From contig NC_134029.1 of NCBI RefSeq assembly GCF_964204645.1, positions 9,512,850 to 9,576,849 of the forward strand: a stretch of 64,000 nt of DNA, given 5' to 3'. Shown here one piece after another: positions 31,839-45,420 of the stretch. Position 1 is the stretch's first letter; each line of letters starts with the position of its first letter. The stretch comes from Tubulanus polymorphus. Lineage: Eukaryota > Animalia > Nemertea. A program made the position numbers and the translations under genes. Below the pieces are notes generated by a model that was not told the origin of the DNA, made no database searches, and worked only from the letters and a program-made list of their open reading frames with translations.

Positions 31839-32609
31839 ATGGCTCCGGCAGCAATGCAGCCTCGTTCTCGTTTAGAAATAAGTTTCGTTCGACTGTTGAA
31901 CTCGTGCATTAATATGGCGTCGGAGAAGAAAACGGCCGATTGGCGTTTGCAGAAATATATTGGCACGTTGCAGGAGAAGTTGGCGGAGTTGCGTCAGTCG
32001 CCATCATCTCCAACACAAGAGGAGCTGAATGAATACAACCGTAAAGTCGAATTTCTGAAGGGCTTGCTAGAAATCGAGAAAAAGGCAACCTCAGTCGAAA
32101 GAGCGAAGGCTGCCGAGGAATTGCCATCATCGATCAGCATGGTAACAAGTAACATTACGAAACAGAGTAAAGATTTACATAACGAAGCCCGAACACGTTA
32201 TCAAAAAGAAATGAGAGACGAACTGTTCAGCAGAATTGACGACCAGCAGACGAACGCGGGAGGAGGCGTTCGTCAACGTAAAACGCAGCTGCCGAATGAT
32301 GATCTTGATTCGGTGTTGCAACATCACTCGCACATGCAGGAAAAGATCGCCGAAGAGATGCTGCATTTGGCGAGCAACATGAAAGCGACGGCGTCGGCTG
32401 CGGGGAAAATAATTCAGGATGATAATCGGCGACTGCTTGAGTCGAATCAGCTCGCAGACACTAATTATGCAAAGTTGAAGGTGGAAAGCGATCGGTTGGA
32501 GGTGCACACGAAGAAATCATGTAATTGGTGGCTGTGGATAATGTTGTTCATGGTTTGTTTGACTTTTATTTGGATGGTTATATTCATTCGACTATTCCCT
32601 AAATCGTAG
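31839..32609 (+). CDS. USE1: Vesicle transport protein USE1 (ER Qc-SNARE), intronless CDS, 256 aa
   Basis: SRLEISFVRLLNSC...WRLQKYI..L, EYNRKVEFLKGLLE, LDSVLQHHSHMQEKIAEEMLHLA..MK, LKVESDRLE and a C-terminal TM anchor WWLWIMLFMVCLTFIWMVIFIRLFPK. Confidence 0.93.
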   Translation: MAPAAMQPRSRLEISFVRLLNSCINMASEKKTADWRLQKYIGTLQEKLAELRQSPSSPTQEELNEYNRKVEFLKGLLEIEKKATSVERAKAAEELPSSISMVTSNITKQSKDLHNEARTRYQKEMRDELFSRIDDQQTNAGGGVRQRKTQLPNDDLDSVLQHHSHMQEKIAEEMLHLASNMKATASAAGKIIQDDNRRLLESNQLADTNYAKLKVESDRLEVHTKKSCNWWLWIMLFMVCLTFIWMVIFIRLFPKS

Positions 32610-35600
32610 TAGCAGCACTGTCATGCAAGATAGGTTTACTATATTGATGTGTTACAGATCTTTTTAAAGCGGTGAATGATTCTATAGCTTTTCAATTTTG
32701 GGTGGTGAATTGATGATATATTCTTTTTGGGTGCTTAGATTTTGAAGGACTAGAATGATGGTGGTTGTGTGGTATATTTTTGCCATGTGGAAATTACTTA
32801 AACTGATGAACTCAAGCCCATTTGTACAGTCAAATCCAATTAATCCGGATTTTCATTAATGTCGCGTAGACTCCAAATAAAGCGTGACAATTTGAACTGT
32901 GAAATTTTTATTTTTTATGTTATGCATGATATATTACAGTAAACCAACCCCCCACTTAAGTGAATATACGCGTCATATCCGATCAACTTGGATAACCGTT
33001 CAACTCAGATGTTTTTTGAAATATTATTATGACACTTTATATGAAATACATTACTTCTGACTCTGATATCACTCAAGTTGGACACATGTGTACGGTCCCA
33101 GTGATCCGATTTAAGCAAAGTCTACTGTATATGAATGATGTAAATCAGTGTAAATGCAGAACCTTGTCGAACTCAGACATGGCCAATTCGTTTCGACAAA
33201 ATTAAAATCATTTTCTGACTAAGGCGCGTTGGAAGCAATTTTTGATTGCTGCGGCCAAATACTGATTTTCGACTGGTTCTAAATATTGCTGCAGCGAATT
33301 TAGTTAAAAACTCTTCAAAAACGTGGTATTCAAAGAAAACAATGTCATTTAGTAAATTATGTTGCCACAGCTTTCGCCGCTGCAGTAGCTGCACTTCCAA
33401 CGCCACAGTGACTGTCTTACGTATTATTCGATCCTAAGCTTTGCAATATTTCCTGTCCCATTGTTTGAGTTAAGGTGGGCATAGGTCGACTTGTGACACA
33501 ATCGCTTGCAATTGGTAATAAATGGATGCATTGGTCGACGTTTGCTGTGCAAAACACACTGCAAAGCCTGTTAGTCTGATCTTTTTGGAAGAGGGATTTG
33601 TGTCGGACTAAGTGAATATCTGACGTAGGAAACATATTTCATACTGCAAGTATAGAAATGGTCCAAAACGTTCAATACTGGTTTGCCTCTTCGTGCAGAA
33701 ATTCAGCTTAAAAGATCCAACTTAAGCAGGCTTGACTTTGATTGGTTCGCAGTGCCGTGTGCATTGAGCTTTACGAATAACCTCTTGATTGACATGTTCA
33801 CTGCCATACCGGAAGTTGTATACAGCTAACTATACCGGTGCGTGTTTGTAATTCATTTTGATGCTAAAAGTATCTCTACGTATTTCTGACATCATTCTTA
33901 TCGATTTAGGGAAAACCCACATCATGGAAATACATGTATGTGTGTTTGGCACTTGAGATGTACTCATCATTTCTATTAATTGCCGCAGTATCACCTAAAA
34001 CCTACATACATGGCATTACCAGGTGTGCCAAGTGCTTTAAAAATGCATTGATAACCGACTACCGGTACTGGTAGCATTTGGTACACTTTGTATATATACA
34101 TAGCTAATATATGAAAAGAACAGGTTATTATTCCATGAGTCATGGATCACAGCTTGAAAATGTTACCTCCAAAGCTCAGAGGTACATGAACATTAATTCC
34201 TAGCCTTTCCTCAAAATACCAGAATTATTGTTGCCAGGGTATAATATTGGGTATAGATTGATAATGAGAGTTTATTGATTTCGGTACAGTGTTGTTCATT
34301 TTAATGCTGCGCCATAAAGTCATATCCTGACCAGGATACTTGAAATTATCCTATTTGAAATGAAGGTCATATTTAACTCATAAAAATAGTTAGCGTTAGA
34401 CCTCTCTGGTTATACAAACTTTGAACCAGTGACCCATTAATATTAAACATTTGATAACAATGATTTACGCCAAGCTTAGTTTTGAATTATGTGATTTGTT
34501 GGTAAATGTAGATTACATTGAATTTTTTGGCATTTACATTGAATTTCTTGGAATCATTGGGATGAGTTAAACATAACTTAAGAGTAAAATGATACATTCA
34601 TCTGACATCTTCATGAACTGACGCATTGTTCCCAAATAGCCTTGGACACACTACAATTTTGTCTCGGCCAAATGTTGGTCATGGTAAGATAAGCAAAATA
34701 TTTTTAGCGCGTTTGAATCAGAAAAATGAAAATTCGGCATCACAACTGGATGGACTAGCCAAATTGATTAGTGCAAATGATTCGTTTAGTGTGTCTGAGG
34801 CTTTATTGAGATATGACATTGATGGCATTGCAAAACTGCCATTGGGTGTAAACCCATAGTTGTAGACTGGGTGTGCAGGTATTCACCGGAGTAACTGCTT
34901 AACTAATCATCTGAGGATGGGTTTGAATCCTTGCATGGGATTTATAAGAACATATAACATGTCATTTTTCGTTCTACGTATCATACTGAAATAGTGGATA
35001 TTTTTCGCTTGGCTATATTTTTATATTTAGGCCAGAGTGTGTGTGTACACTACGCCTAAGTATTAAGAAAAAATTACATGTACATGTAATAATCATTAAT
35101 GAAATGAAATTCATGTATTAAGTTAAAGATATTACACTTAATAAACGCATTCATTGAATTATGATCTTCTTCATCTATGTTTTATATTCAATATGTTCAA
35201 CAGATTGTGACAGAGCTAAGTGTGTTGACATCGATTAAGATTTTACATAGGCCTATCCGCTAACTTCAGATTAGATGGAAATAAGTTTAAACTAGGAATA
35301 GGACCTTTCTTTTATGATAAAACTCGACTCTACTCAGAGGATTTGAAAACTAATTCAGTGTACCGAAAATACTAACTGATCAGATCAAAATCTAGATTGA
35401 GTCGATTTTAATGTACATTGTGTATGAATATGCAACAGAGCAGCAATAATAGGTTTTCTGTACATCTGTGGCATATACATGGGGGACATTTGCACGCAAG
35501 AAAACAAAGAAATTCATGATTTCACAGCCATATTATGGATGATTCGCACTTCATGCATTCATGAAAATTGTTGGTAGAAAAAAAGATGCATTAAAGTAGT

Positions 35601-38600
35601 AACACTCCAAACCATTACAATTGACGCAAATGAATGGCAACTACGTAGCCGTATATTCGGACTGACCAAATGAAGCTCGAATCCCCGTCCTGATCAATTT
35701 GTTGCTTGCCAAGAAATTCATCATTCAGGGAAAATACATTGTATACCAATAGATTCATGAATCGTGCAGATTTTTGTCCTTTCCTTCCAAAAATAGCTAG
35801 TTGATCTTTGAATGGAGATGTGGGAACTACCCTCATCATACAACCTTCTTTTTAATTGTTTGTAGAATGAATAATGTGAATTGATTCAGCACTTTGGTCT
35901 TGAAAATCGATTTAGGGGCCTTGAATTTTAAAAATGTTGCCAATCTACGAAGTTAAGATTGTTTTTTGGAATGATAATTTTTGCAGTGACTAAAGACTCA
36001 AATTTTAGTCGTATAGTCGCCAGTCATTACATCACAAAATGGTAAAGGGCCCTCATTACTCAATCACCAAAATAAGTGTTTAAAGTTGTTTTGAAGATAA
36101 AGATGGAACAGCCAGTAGTGTACTAGTGACGTTTTGTTGTTTGAAATTTCATCCACTAGCTTAAAGTTGTCGGTTTTGATGCTTCTCAAATGGCCTTAAA
36201 TTTGGGTTGTCCTCGAGGCTATGAGTTCACCCCGTTTGTCATTGAAATATTTCTACCTTTAGGCTGATCTTAATCAACAGTGGAAGTAGTTTCAGAGAGG
36301 ATTAATTCAAATCCTTTTTATTTCTTCATTAATTCAGTATATCTTTCTTGAAAAAATTTTGGAGTTGATCCTTAAGTGAAACCGGGTCCTGGCTTATGAT
36401 TAAGCATCATCTAGAAAAATTAGTGCGAAATGTTCCTAGACAGAGAAAAATGTTGAAATTTTTGGTACTTTTTCACCCAGAATGTATTGCGACTGTGGTC
36501 TATGTTCCCATTACACAGCCATGTATTGACCGAAGGGAATTCTCATCAATTCAAGTACCACCTAGAGGATGTATGATCACTCCTGAACTTGTGAACATAC
36601 ACAAAAACTGCCCAGACTGGGCAAACAAAGTAAATAAACAAATTGATTAAAATAAACATAAATATTTTATTATCTGTCACATTAAAACATGTCAAAAATA
36701 ATGAGTTAGACAAGTCTTTTCTTGGGGAAATATGTAAGGAGGAGATCAAAACTACTATTGAAGATTTATTATTATTATTAACTTGTTGGTAAAAACTCTT
36801 TAAAATGCAATATTAATGAAATAATGAGGGTTTACAGTAGTAATATAGCAATATATAATATATATCGCACAAGGTACATGATACATTTACGTTATAGTTT
36901 TATGTATATATATATATATATTTTTCATTGATGTAACATATATGTACATATACATATAGCTAATGAAAAGACACAATATCCTCCTCAAAACATGATGACT
37001 GCCATATTAATACTTAGTCATATTATTAGGAATTTCCCAATCAGATTAAGGGTGCAGAAGAATATGTCCACAATGCTAACCAATCAGCACTTATGTTCAT
37101 TTTGATAGCCCATGTGAATGTATTGAACTGCAAACAAGAAGGGTCATCAATGAGTTCACTCATAGGTGGCAATAATGTAAAATCCGGAACGTATAAGATA
37201 ACTTGTCATAGCTGGCAGTCAACGCACGTAAAGTGATTAATAATGAATTCAAAGAATAATTTATTTAAAAATACATTCGTATCATACATGTATAGGAAAA
37301 TATATATAGATATTAGCATGTATATATACATATACATATCCATAGCTAGGTCAAGGTCACTTGTAGATAGTAATTAAATTACAATACGGAAAACAATGAT
37401 AATAACAATAATTTAATTAGTAATAATATTAAAAAGGATGATAATAATCGTAAGGCCTTGACAAAAATAATGATTACATACATTAGGCACAGCTAGCTCT
37501 ATCTGCTTTTTATACGTTCCCAAGGAATTTTGTATTCTTACACCTTTAACTTATCATTCGTATTGATCTATCGTGATGGACTAGTAGATAACACACCCCT
37601 ATCACAGGTATACTTCAAAATATAGTGACGATGCTTTTTCTTTTGATTAATCACTCTCTATTCCTATATGATATTTTTCAACCGTCTTCAGTATACCGAA
37701 AATGAGCTGCCTGCAATTTTTGAAAAAAATCTGACCATCCAAATTTTTTTGAAACGACCCAATTTGACCAAGCTTATGTTCCTTTTCATTTAGAGAGGTC
37801 TTAGCTATTTACTCAATAGACTTACATTCATATAGTTGATGTAGAAATATGATAAAGAGAATATTAAAGCTACGAACTCGCTAAATTCAACGATTGGCAC
37901 ATTACACTTGATTATAACCAAGCAACATGTTTCTGAGTTTGCGATCAAGACATATAGAATGTGAGTTAAATAACATGACGTCGCCATTTTGATAGGGCAA
38001 ACACAATATGTGACTTGCATGACAGATCCCCAATGTTTCCAAATCCCCACTTTATGTTTTGCTGCTATAATGTTTAGCAAGTTACCAGCTCTGACAGACT
38101 ACGTCACATGCTTGGCCTCTATACGTAGTACAAGTTGTTGAAATGATTGCAATGGATAAACACATTTAATAAGGAATGACGTGGAAGTTTTTTTTTAAAG
38201 GTAAATGCAAATATTGTTGACTTTCCTTTAAGAGATATGCACCAATTCTAATGCATTCATACATGAATATTCATACATGAACATACGTCTATATGACGTA
38301 CATATAATTAGCATGATAAATCCTTTTTAGTGTATTCATAAGGAAAAATTAATATTATTTACAACCTACTTAACTTTTATATGGGATACTCTAAACAACT
38401 TACCTTAATATGTATATATATATTGAAAATAAATTCTGAAGAATTAGCATTATAATAGATAAATAATTCATGATCAGTACCAATAGAGTAATTATATTAA
38501 CATTGAATTTATAAGGTTTTTTTCATATACATCAAAAACATACCTTGGCAGTTTTAACGCTGGTTTCTCAATAAAAAACATTTTACAATAAAAATGATGA

Positions 38601-41459
38601 TTTATGATATAACATCACTATATCATGAAATAGTCATGAGAGCATTATTAGAATACTTTGCACAATAACCTTCAAAATAACGTAACAACAGCAGACAAAG
38701 ATTTGGCTACAAATATCAACCGATAATGGATTTTTCATATGAATTTATACAGCACACGAGGTCAGCTATTGTCATAATCTTTTAAAAGTACATCTGTATG
38801 AGAATAATGCGTAATCCCCTCAACAAATATTCTATAATAATTGTGAAGAGTGACAATGGTTTTCTGTATCAAATATTCTCTAATACTGTTATCATCTGAC
38901 TAGGTACAGTAATCAAAATTTACTTGAGCAAATAAAGAGATGGAGCCTGCATATAACGATAACAGGATTTTATAATTTTTGATATTGTTAGCAGGGGATA
39001 CACTTACAATAAATAATCATTTACTTGATTGAACCATGTACGCACTAATGCTTGAACTACTTTATGCAGTCAATGCAAAGCAACAATAAAACCAGGAGAA
39101 CAAGGCTGTTTTCAAAAGGCTGTTCCACAGATGTAGAAAAATGGGCTTTAAATGACTCTGAATGACATCTTTTTTCATTGTCAACTCGAATTCAATGGAT
39201 CAGTTATGGTGATACAGGGGCTGATTTAGACTGTGTCAGCCAACACAGTCAATTTTAATAGCCCTTTCGAAAAATTGTCTTCTTTTGCAAAAATGTTTTA
39301 GCTAATTGATCTTTACAAAGAGATGTGGGTACTTCTCTAATCATACCTTCTTTTTAATCGTTTGAAAAATAAATAATTGTCAACAGATTTTGCAACTTGA
39401 AATCAATCTAAAAATGTTCCCATTTTCTGGAAATTGCCTGTTCTACTTCTTGTCTTGACACAGTCACCACACGCTCCAGGATCCAGCCCCGTTATAAGAG
39501 TATAGTATGGTCTCATGAACAGGGGAAAGCTATTGTTGTTCTCTAAATTTTGACTAGAGTTAAAAGCCAATTTATTTCCAATTGTTTTACCATAGTCAAA
39601 TAAGAACAGATGCCAGATCACCAATAAAATGCCGCAAATACAAACCTCAAGGTTGTCATATAATTCCAAGTAGAGACAACGGTCTATACGGACATAGAAT
39701 GCTGTTCAGAAATTTTCAGCTCAATTAAAACGACGAATACACACATGAAAAATCCATTATCTGCTGAATTTTGTATTCAAATATATTGTGCCACAATATA
39801 TGTACATATTGAGGCACTTTGTTTCTCTCACTACATTTGGATTTCACTGACAATTACGCATTATAAACAATTATAAAGTATCTGAAATCCTGTTTCCAAG
39901 AAACAAACAACATTATGGTCAGTTACCGGTAGTTTTGATGAATGCTATTAGATTATAACAGCAGAGTTCAGACGAGATTATTGGCTTAGAGCACACTTAT
40001 GTGGTGCCAAATTTGAGACAGAATACAAAACCAGTTGCATTCACACGCGATTTGGTGCTTAATAAGCATGTTTTAGTTTGTCATTCAGTATGCCAATACA
40101 GAAAGTGTTTTCAAGATGGTGTTTCCATGCTTTCTTAGGATCTTTTATTTTCATAATAGGAGTCTCGGATTCGTATAGGTAATTTTTGACTTCTCTGGGT
40201 CTCCTGTATTTTCATTATTACTCTATATTGAAAAAAAATTCACACGAAACCCCGTCAATTTTTCTATTTTATAATGTAATTTTGAAATGCAAAATAAATT
40301 CAATATTCAATAATCCTATAGCCCGGTTTCTTACAACCAAGCATCATAAAAATGATTGAAAATGGCTCTTACTGTGAATTTGGGTCGATTCTTATTATGT
40401 GCCTTTTTTCTGTGTGATGCAGTAGTCTAAGTTGAACCCTGGATGATCCACCCTTACATTAATGGTTTTAGTGACCATCAAATCATGCAACTAAAATTGC
40501 TAAGGCCTATATACTTTGATAATTTTGGTGATAATTGACAATCATTAAAAATGTTATCATTAAGCACCGAATCTGGTCTAGTTAACATGCAACCCGAACC
40601 GAGATCAGCATTTAGGGTGGAACCACTAACCACATTTGCTAAGTCGGTGTGTCGGTACAGTACTGAATAAGCTGCAAATGGACCTTGGATAATTCAAACG
40701 TGTGAACACTAAATACCATACTGAAATCGTCATGTGAACACTGCTAATGCCTTGTAGCTCAACAAATATGGACACAAAAAACAGATAAAATTACATGTGC
40801 CTGTATATCAGAGGGTTAATGGTATTGTTTTAATAGTTGCTATTGGTCGAAACCACTTATTCAATCTTATTTCCCGGTACTCAAGTATTGAAAGAAAGCT
40901 GTTTTAGCCATGGTCAAGTATCACAATAAGAAATCAATTTAACACTGCGAATTCATCTAAGATGATATTTGTTGAAGCTTTATGACTCATTATATATTTA
41001 CCCCTTGAATCGACTGTTCACTATTATAGGAGGGTCACTATGACGTTGATCTTTATGAAAATGCATGTATTTTTTGCCTGATCGCAGCAAATTTATCAAT
41101 CGCCCGAAAAAATCGATCGTGCGACCACTCGCTGCGACGACGATTTTGTCGGCCGACTCGATCGCCCAGTGAATCGCCCATACCAAACATGTTTGATATT
41201 TTTGCCCGATTATTTACGCTGGCGATCGGATCGCCCGCAAATTCGCTCATCTATCCGCACTCGGCAAATTCCCCCGAGCCATCAATTTTATCAACCAATA
41301 GGATGCATCGTTGATATCATGTGATTTGTTAACTCTCTCACACTAAGTTGCGATCGCTGACCGAATTTTGGTTTGATCGCTACGTGTCCCTACCTTTACC
41401 TGTATACCACATAAAATAGTGCTTAAAACAAAAGAAAATCACTGTTAAGCATTCTCTTG

Positions 41460-41615
41460 GGGATCATTCATTTATTACGTACGGGAAGAGGGAAGGGGTC
41501 AGTGCAATTGCGTACTGTAATGCTTAAATAATGAAAAATTGGCCGATTCTGCGTACATGGGGGAAGGGGGTTGAAAAATTCAAATTTTATGCGTACGTAA
41601 TGAATGAACGATCCC
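41460..41615. mobile_element. Small MITE
   Basis: TIR gggatcattcatttattacgtacg / cgtacgtaatgaatgaacgatccc with TTG on both flanks. A partial copy lies near 28550. Confidence 0.65.
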
Positions 41616-44600
41616 TTGACCCAGTTTTGAAAATTTATAACACTGCTAGTCAATCACTCATGACAATTTTATTACATGTACTTCCAATGACATTAAAACT
41701 TGGAATAATTCTTAGTGAAACTGGATCCTGAGGTTGATATATTATTACTATTTAATAAAACAAGACTTTGCAGATCTATCGATGAAAGAATAATGTAGCA
41801 CCACAACTTATTGAACAGTAGTGAAGGACAGGCACATAAAAAGGACATCACAGCAGGTTTGACTATGAATACAAATAGAATTAGGGACAAAATTTAACAT
41901 CTTAACAAGCGTCGAACAACAATCCCGATAGAACAAAATCTGTACCAAGCCAACCAGAAATACAGCCTAATAATTCTTAGCTAAAATGATGATCGACCAA
42001 AAGCAACTTCTTTGTCATTCTTCAAGAGAAAGTTGCATTCATGAATTGAATTGTATGCATATTACCACCCAGGAAGGGCATGTATTTTCTTATAGGATGT
42101 ACCTCTCACAAAAGACAATGGTCAGCCGCCCATCAAGGAGGTCAGGGTGCTCCCCAGAAATATTTCTAAAGGAAACTTAGACAGTTTCTTAACCCATTGA
42201 GCCCCTGGGGCAGATCCCATCAGCCCCTTACTTAGTGACGAACAAAAATAATTCCTATATTCAAAATCATTGCCGGCACTCTATATCTCTCTAGGGATAT
42301 CTAGCCCAGGGCTGAAAGGCCAATTAATCATTGCGCCCGCCAACAACAACAAATTGGCCCGCGTACGCCAGCCCTTACAGGGGAAGGCACACAATGTCTC
42401 CCCCTCCACCAGGGAAACATAATGATTCAATACAATTGAGCAAAATATATCAACACAGCATTTTGGAATTGGGTCTTATAGTCAAACTGATCAAAGCCAC
42501 GATCACACCGAGATGACATGGCCCAAGTCGAATTTAGCCAGTGCCTTATAAGAGTGCATTCAAAATCAATCACTTGTTAACAATTCAATGAAATTATCTT
42601 TTTGGCTCATCCACAAAACAATGGAAAAAATCAAGGTAGTTTAAGAAATTATTATCTCTATTCCAACTTATCACACAGAAAAATGGCCGACGGAAAGAAA
42701 ATGTAAACAATCTAAATAGAAATTAATTTCCTATGTGATTTTCTCACACAGACAATGAATTTCTAATCAAATAACTATGTTTCCGGAAGCTACATAGAAG
42801 ACAAATATAATTGTCATCAGCATGCTGCTGTAAAGTTTCCTGATCGTTATTCACACATTTTGACAGCAGTAGGGTAAACAGCATGTGGAAACACGGAAAT
42901 AGATGGCATATCAACAATGCGCATCTAACTGCAAGCTGTGCTATCATGAATTAGGCTCGTGTCTGAAACCAGTTGTGTTTACACGGAATAACTTGATCCA
43001 TGCTAAAATTTGGCACAGGCCTGGTCAAACATTATTGGTCAGGCCAAAGTTGGTCCAAGTCAAACACATACGTGCCCATCTGGCACCAGTGTGGACGGTT
43101 GACCTGTGCCAAAAAACACATGTGATCGCGGCTCAAATAACTGTTAGTACTCTGAATGAACAATTTAACTGAATCAAATAATCAGTAAGACAATTTTACG
43201 TATAGCATCCGGTACATATTGCAATAAAAATGTATTATTCACAAAATTTGTTTGCAAATGTAATCCGAACTTAAGATCAATAACGAAATATTGCACTCGC
43301 TCTCTGTGACTAGATAAGTATTTTTGGTTATGATTTGGTTTTTTTTTCAGAAAGTGCTGTTGGCGGCTTGGTGACTTGACTAAACACCAGACTAGAAGAC
43401 ACTCATGACGTACATAGTAAAAGTATATAAATAATATTTAATGTATGCACAATTAGCACGCAGACAAAAACAACTCCAAAAGGAGATTAAAAAAAATAAA
43501 GTGATTCTTCATTTTACCAATCACTGGTTTTTTCATTTTCTACAAATGTATATCATCTCTGCGTTTTTAAATAAATCAATTAGATACATTTGTTTCGGTG
43601 AGTGTCATAGAAGTAGGATCAACATTGTCTCTATAATAGTAGTAACGTAAATCACACCACTCGCATTTTATAGAACACGCAATAAAGGGTACGACTTATC
43701 ATCATTACATACATACGTTAGATAATGTACTAATTATTACTTTTATTATTCATTAGAAAAGGATTAATAAATACTATTAGTTGACTTATTTGTTCATAGT
43801 ATTCATTGAATTTTAATTCATTTAATAAGTACTGGTACAATTTATAGGTTTTTCATTATTATCATTTTGACTACATGAATATTTACTATGCTTTATTTAT
43901 ATTTATATACATATTTATATATAGAGGGATTTGCATTATTTTGAAAAAGGAGTGCGATTAGAATGAGCAAATCATGTGAAAAATCAAAAGCGATGTCATT
44001 CACTAGAGTATATAAGGTGATGGTTCGATTGGGTTTCGAAGGGGAGATATGGTTTTGAATGTACGGTTTTGAATGTAGGTTTTTGCCCACCTTATATACA
44101 GTATCAGCTCATAGATATTTTCATTCACTAGATTAAGTTTCATAGTGAAGGTGAATTCAATCTTTGGTTTAGAACTTCATGCTATCGATATGACCAACAA
44201 TCAAGCTTTAATATTTCTATGAAACCGGGCCTTGAAGTACTGGCATTTCATCACTACTTTAACATATTCGCTGCAAACTATGACATATCTCCTATTTCCT
44301 ATTCAGGAGTGCAAACACAATGCTTCTATGATTTATCTTGTAACCAAACGTTTTAAAAAATGTCCTAGTACCTTATTGGGTGGTATTGTTAACTAACTCT
44401 GCTTCATTCTCATTGCTCATTGGTTCATTCTAAACAATACGGGGGATACAGGATGAGTACAATTACGGGACATGGTACTTGGGCATAATGCAGTATCCCA
44501 TCAAGCTCGACAATGGAGGGTATAATATTTCCTAGAATATCATATTTCATAGTCTCTTCAGTAGTTAAGATTTATCATGACTCCAGCCAAAATGTAATGG

Positions 44601-45211
44601 GCACAATACAATTAGAAATTTAAATTTCATCGGACAAAAATTATTACTACGATTTTATCAGATAAAAACCAAATTACAACGTAAAATCCTGAAAGGAAAG
44701 AGCTGAAAGGTGTGTCATGAAATGTTAATTCCTGGTAACACTTAACAATTATTGAATTAATGAAAATTGGTTTTGTGTGTGGATCAGTAAATTTCTCAAA
44801 AAGGTTTTATTCTTAAATCGATTTAATTTCTTCATTAATCTAATCCTTTTTGTGAACTAAATGATGGTTAACACGAAATGATGAATACTTAGTTTATTGT
44901 GATGGAGGTTAGATTTCAGTAAGCCATGTATGTACATACGTATATTGTACACAAGGTATATAGAATATCTGAAGTAGTTTTAAACGGGTTCTGAGCGATA
45001 TATTGCCACCACATACACACACACATACATGCATAATACATACACATACACACTCACTCCCACCATAGTATAAGAGCTTAATAAGTATAAACATTTGGAT
45101 ACAGTAGGAGGGAAATTATCATTTTGTGCAATAGATTTGGCATTTGAAGACAACCTTACATGAAAATTGCTAATATTTCATCATCAAAGAGTGACATATA
45201 TTCATTTATTC

Positions 45212-45216
<5 letters not shown>

Positions 45217-45283
<67 letters not shown>

Positions 45284-45366
45284 TATATCGTATAGCCTTA
45301 TATACATTTATATATCATTAATGCACCGATAAAACTTACATATACAAGTACATGGTATCAATTATA

Positions 45367-45397
<31 letters not shown>

Positions 45398-45420
45398 TAA
45401 TAATCATAATAATAATAATC
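45217..45420. repeat. Microsatellites (AT)n at 45217-45280 and (ATA)n at 45362-45420
   Basis: Directly visible simple repeats. Confidence 0.95.

Noticed and set aside
31739-31841. DDA1-USE1 fusion protein by stop readthrough or alternative acceptor
   Set aside because: An in-frame TAG follows three codons after the TGA and USE1 is in another frame. Splicing exon 4 to the three acceptor-like AGs tested in the gap (tatacag, cattttag, aagtag) gives a stop or the wrong frame.
33170-44100. Numerous 60-90 aa ORFs between USE1 and RasGRF
   Set aside because: No recognisable domains, many non-ATG starts, no consistent exon chain, and several overlap small repeats.
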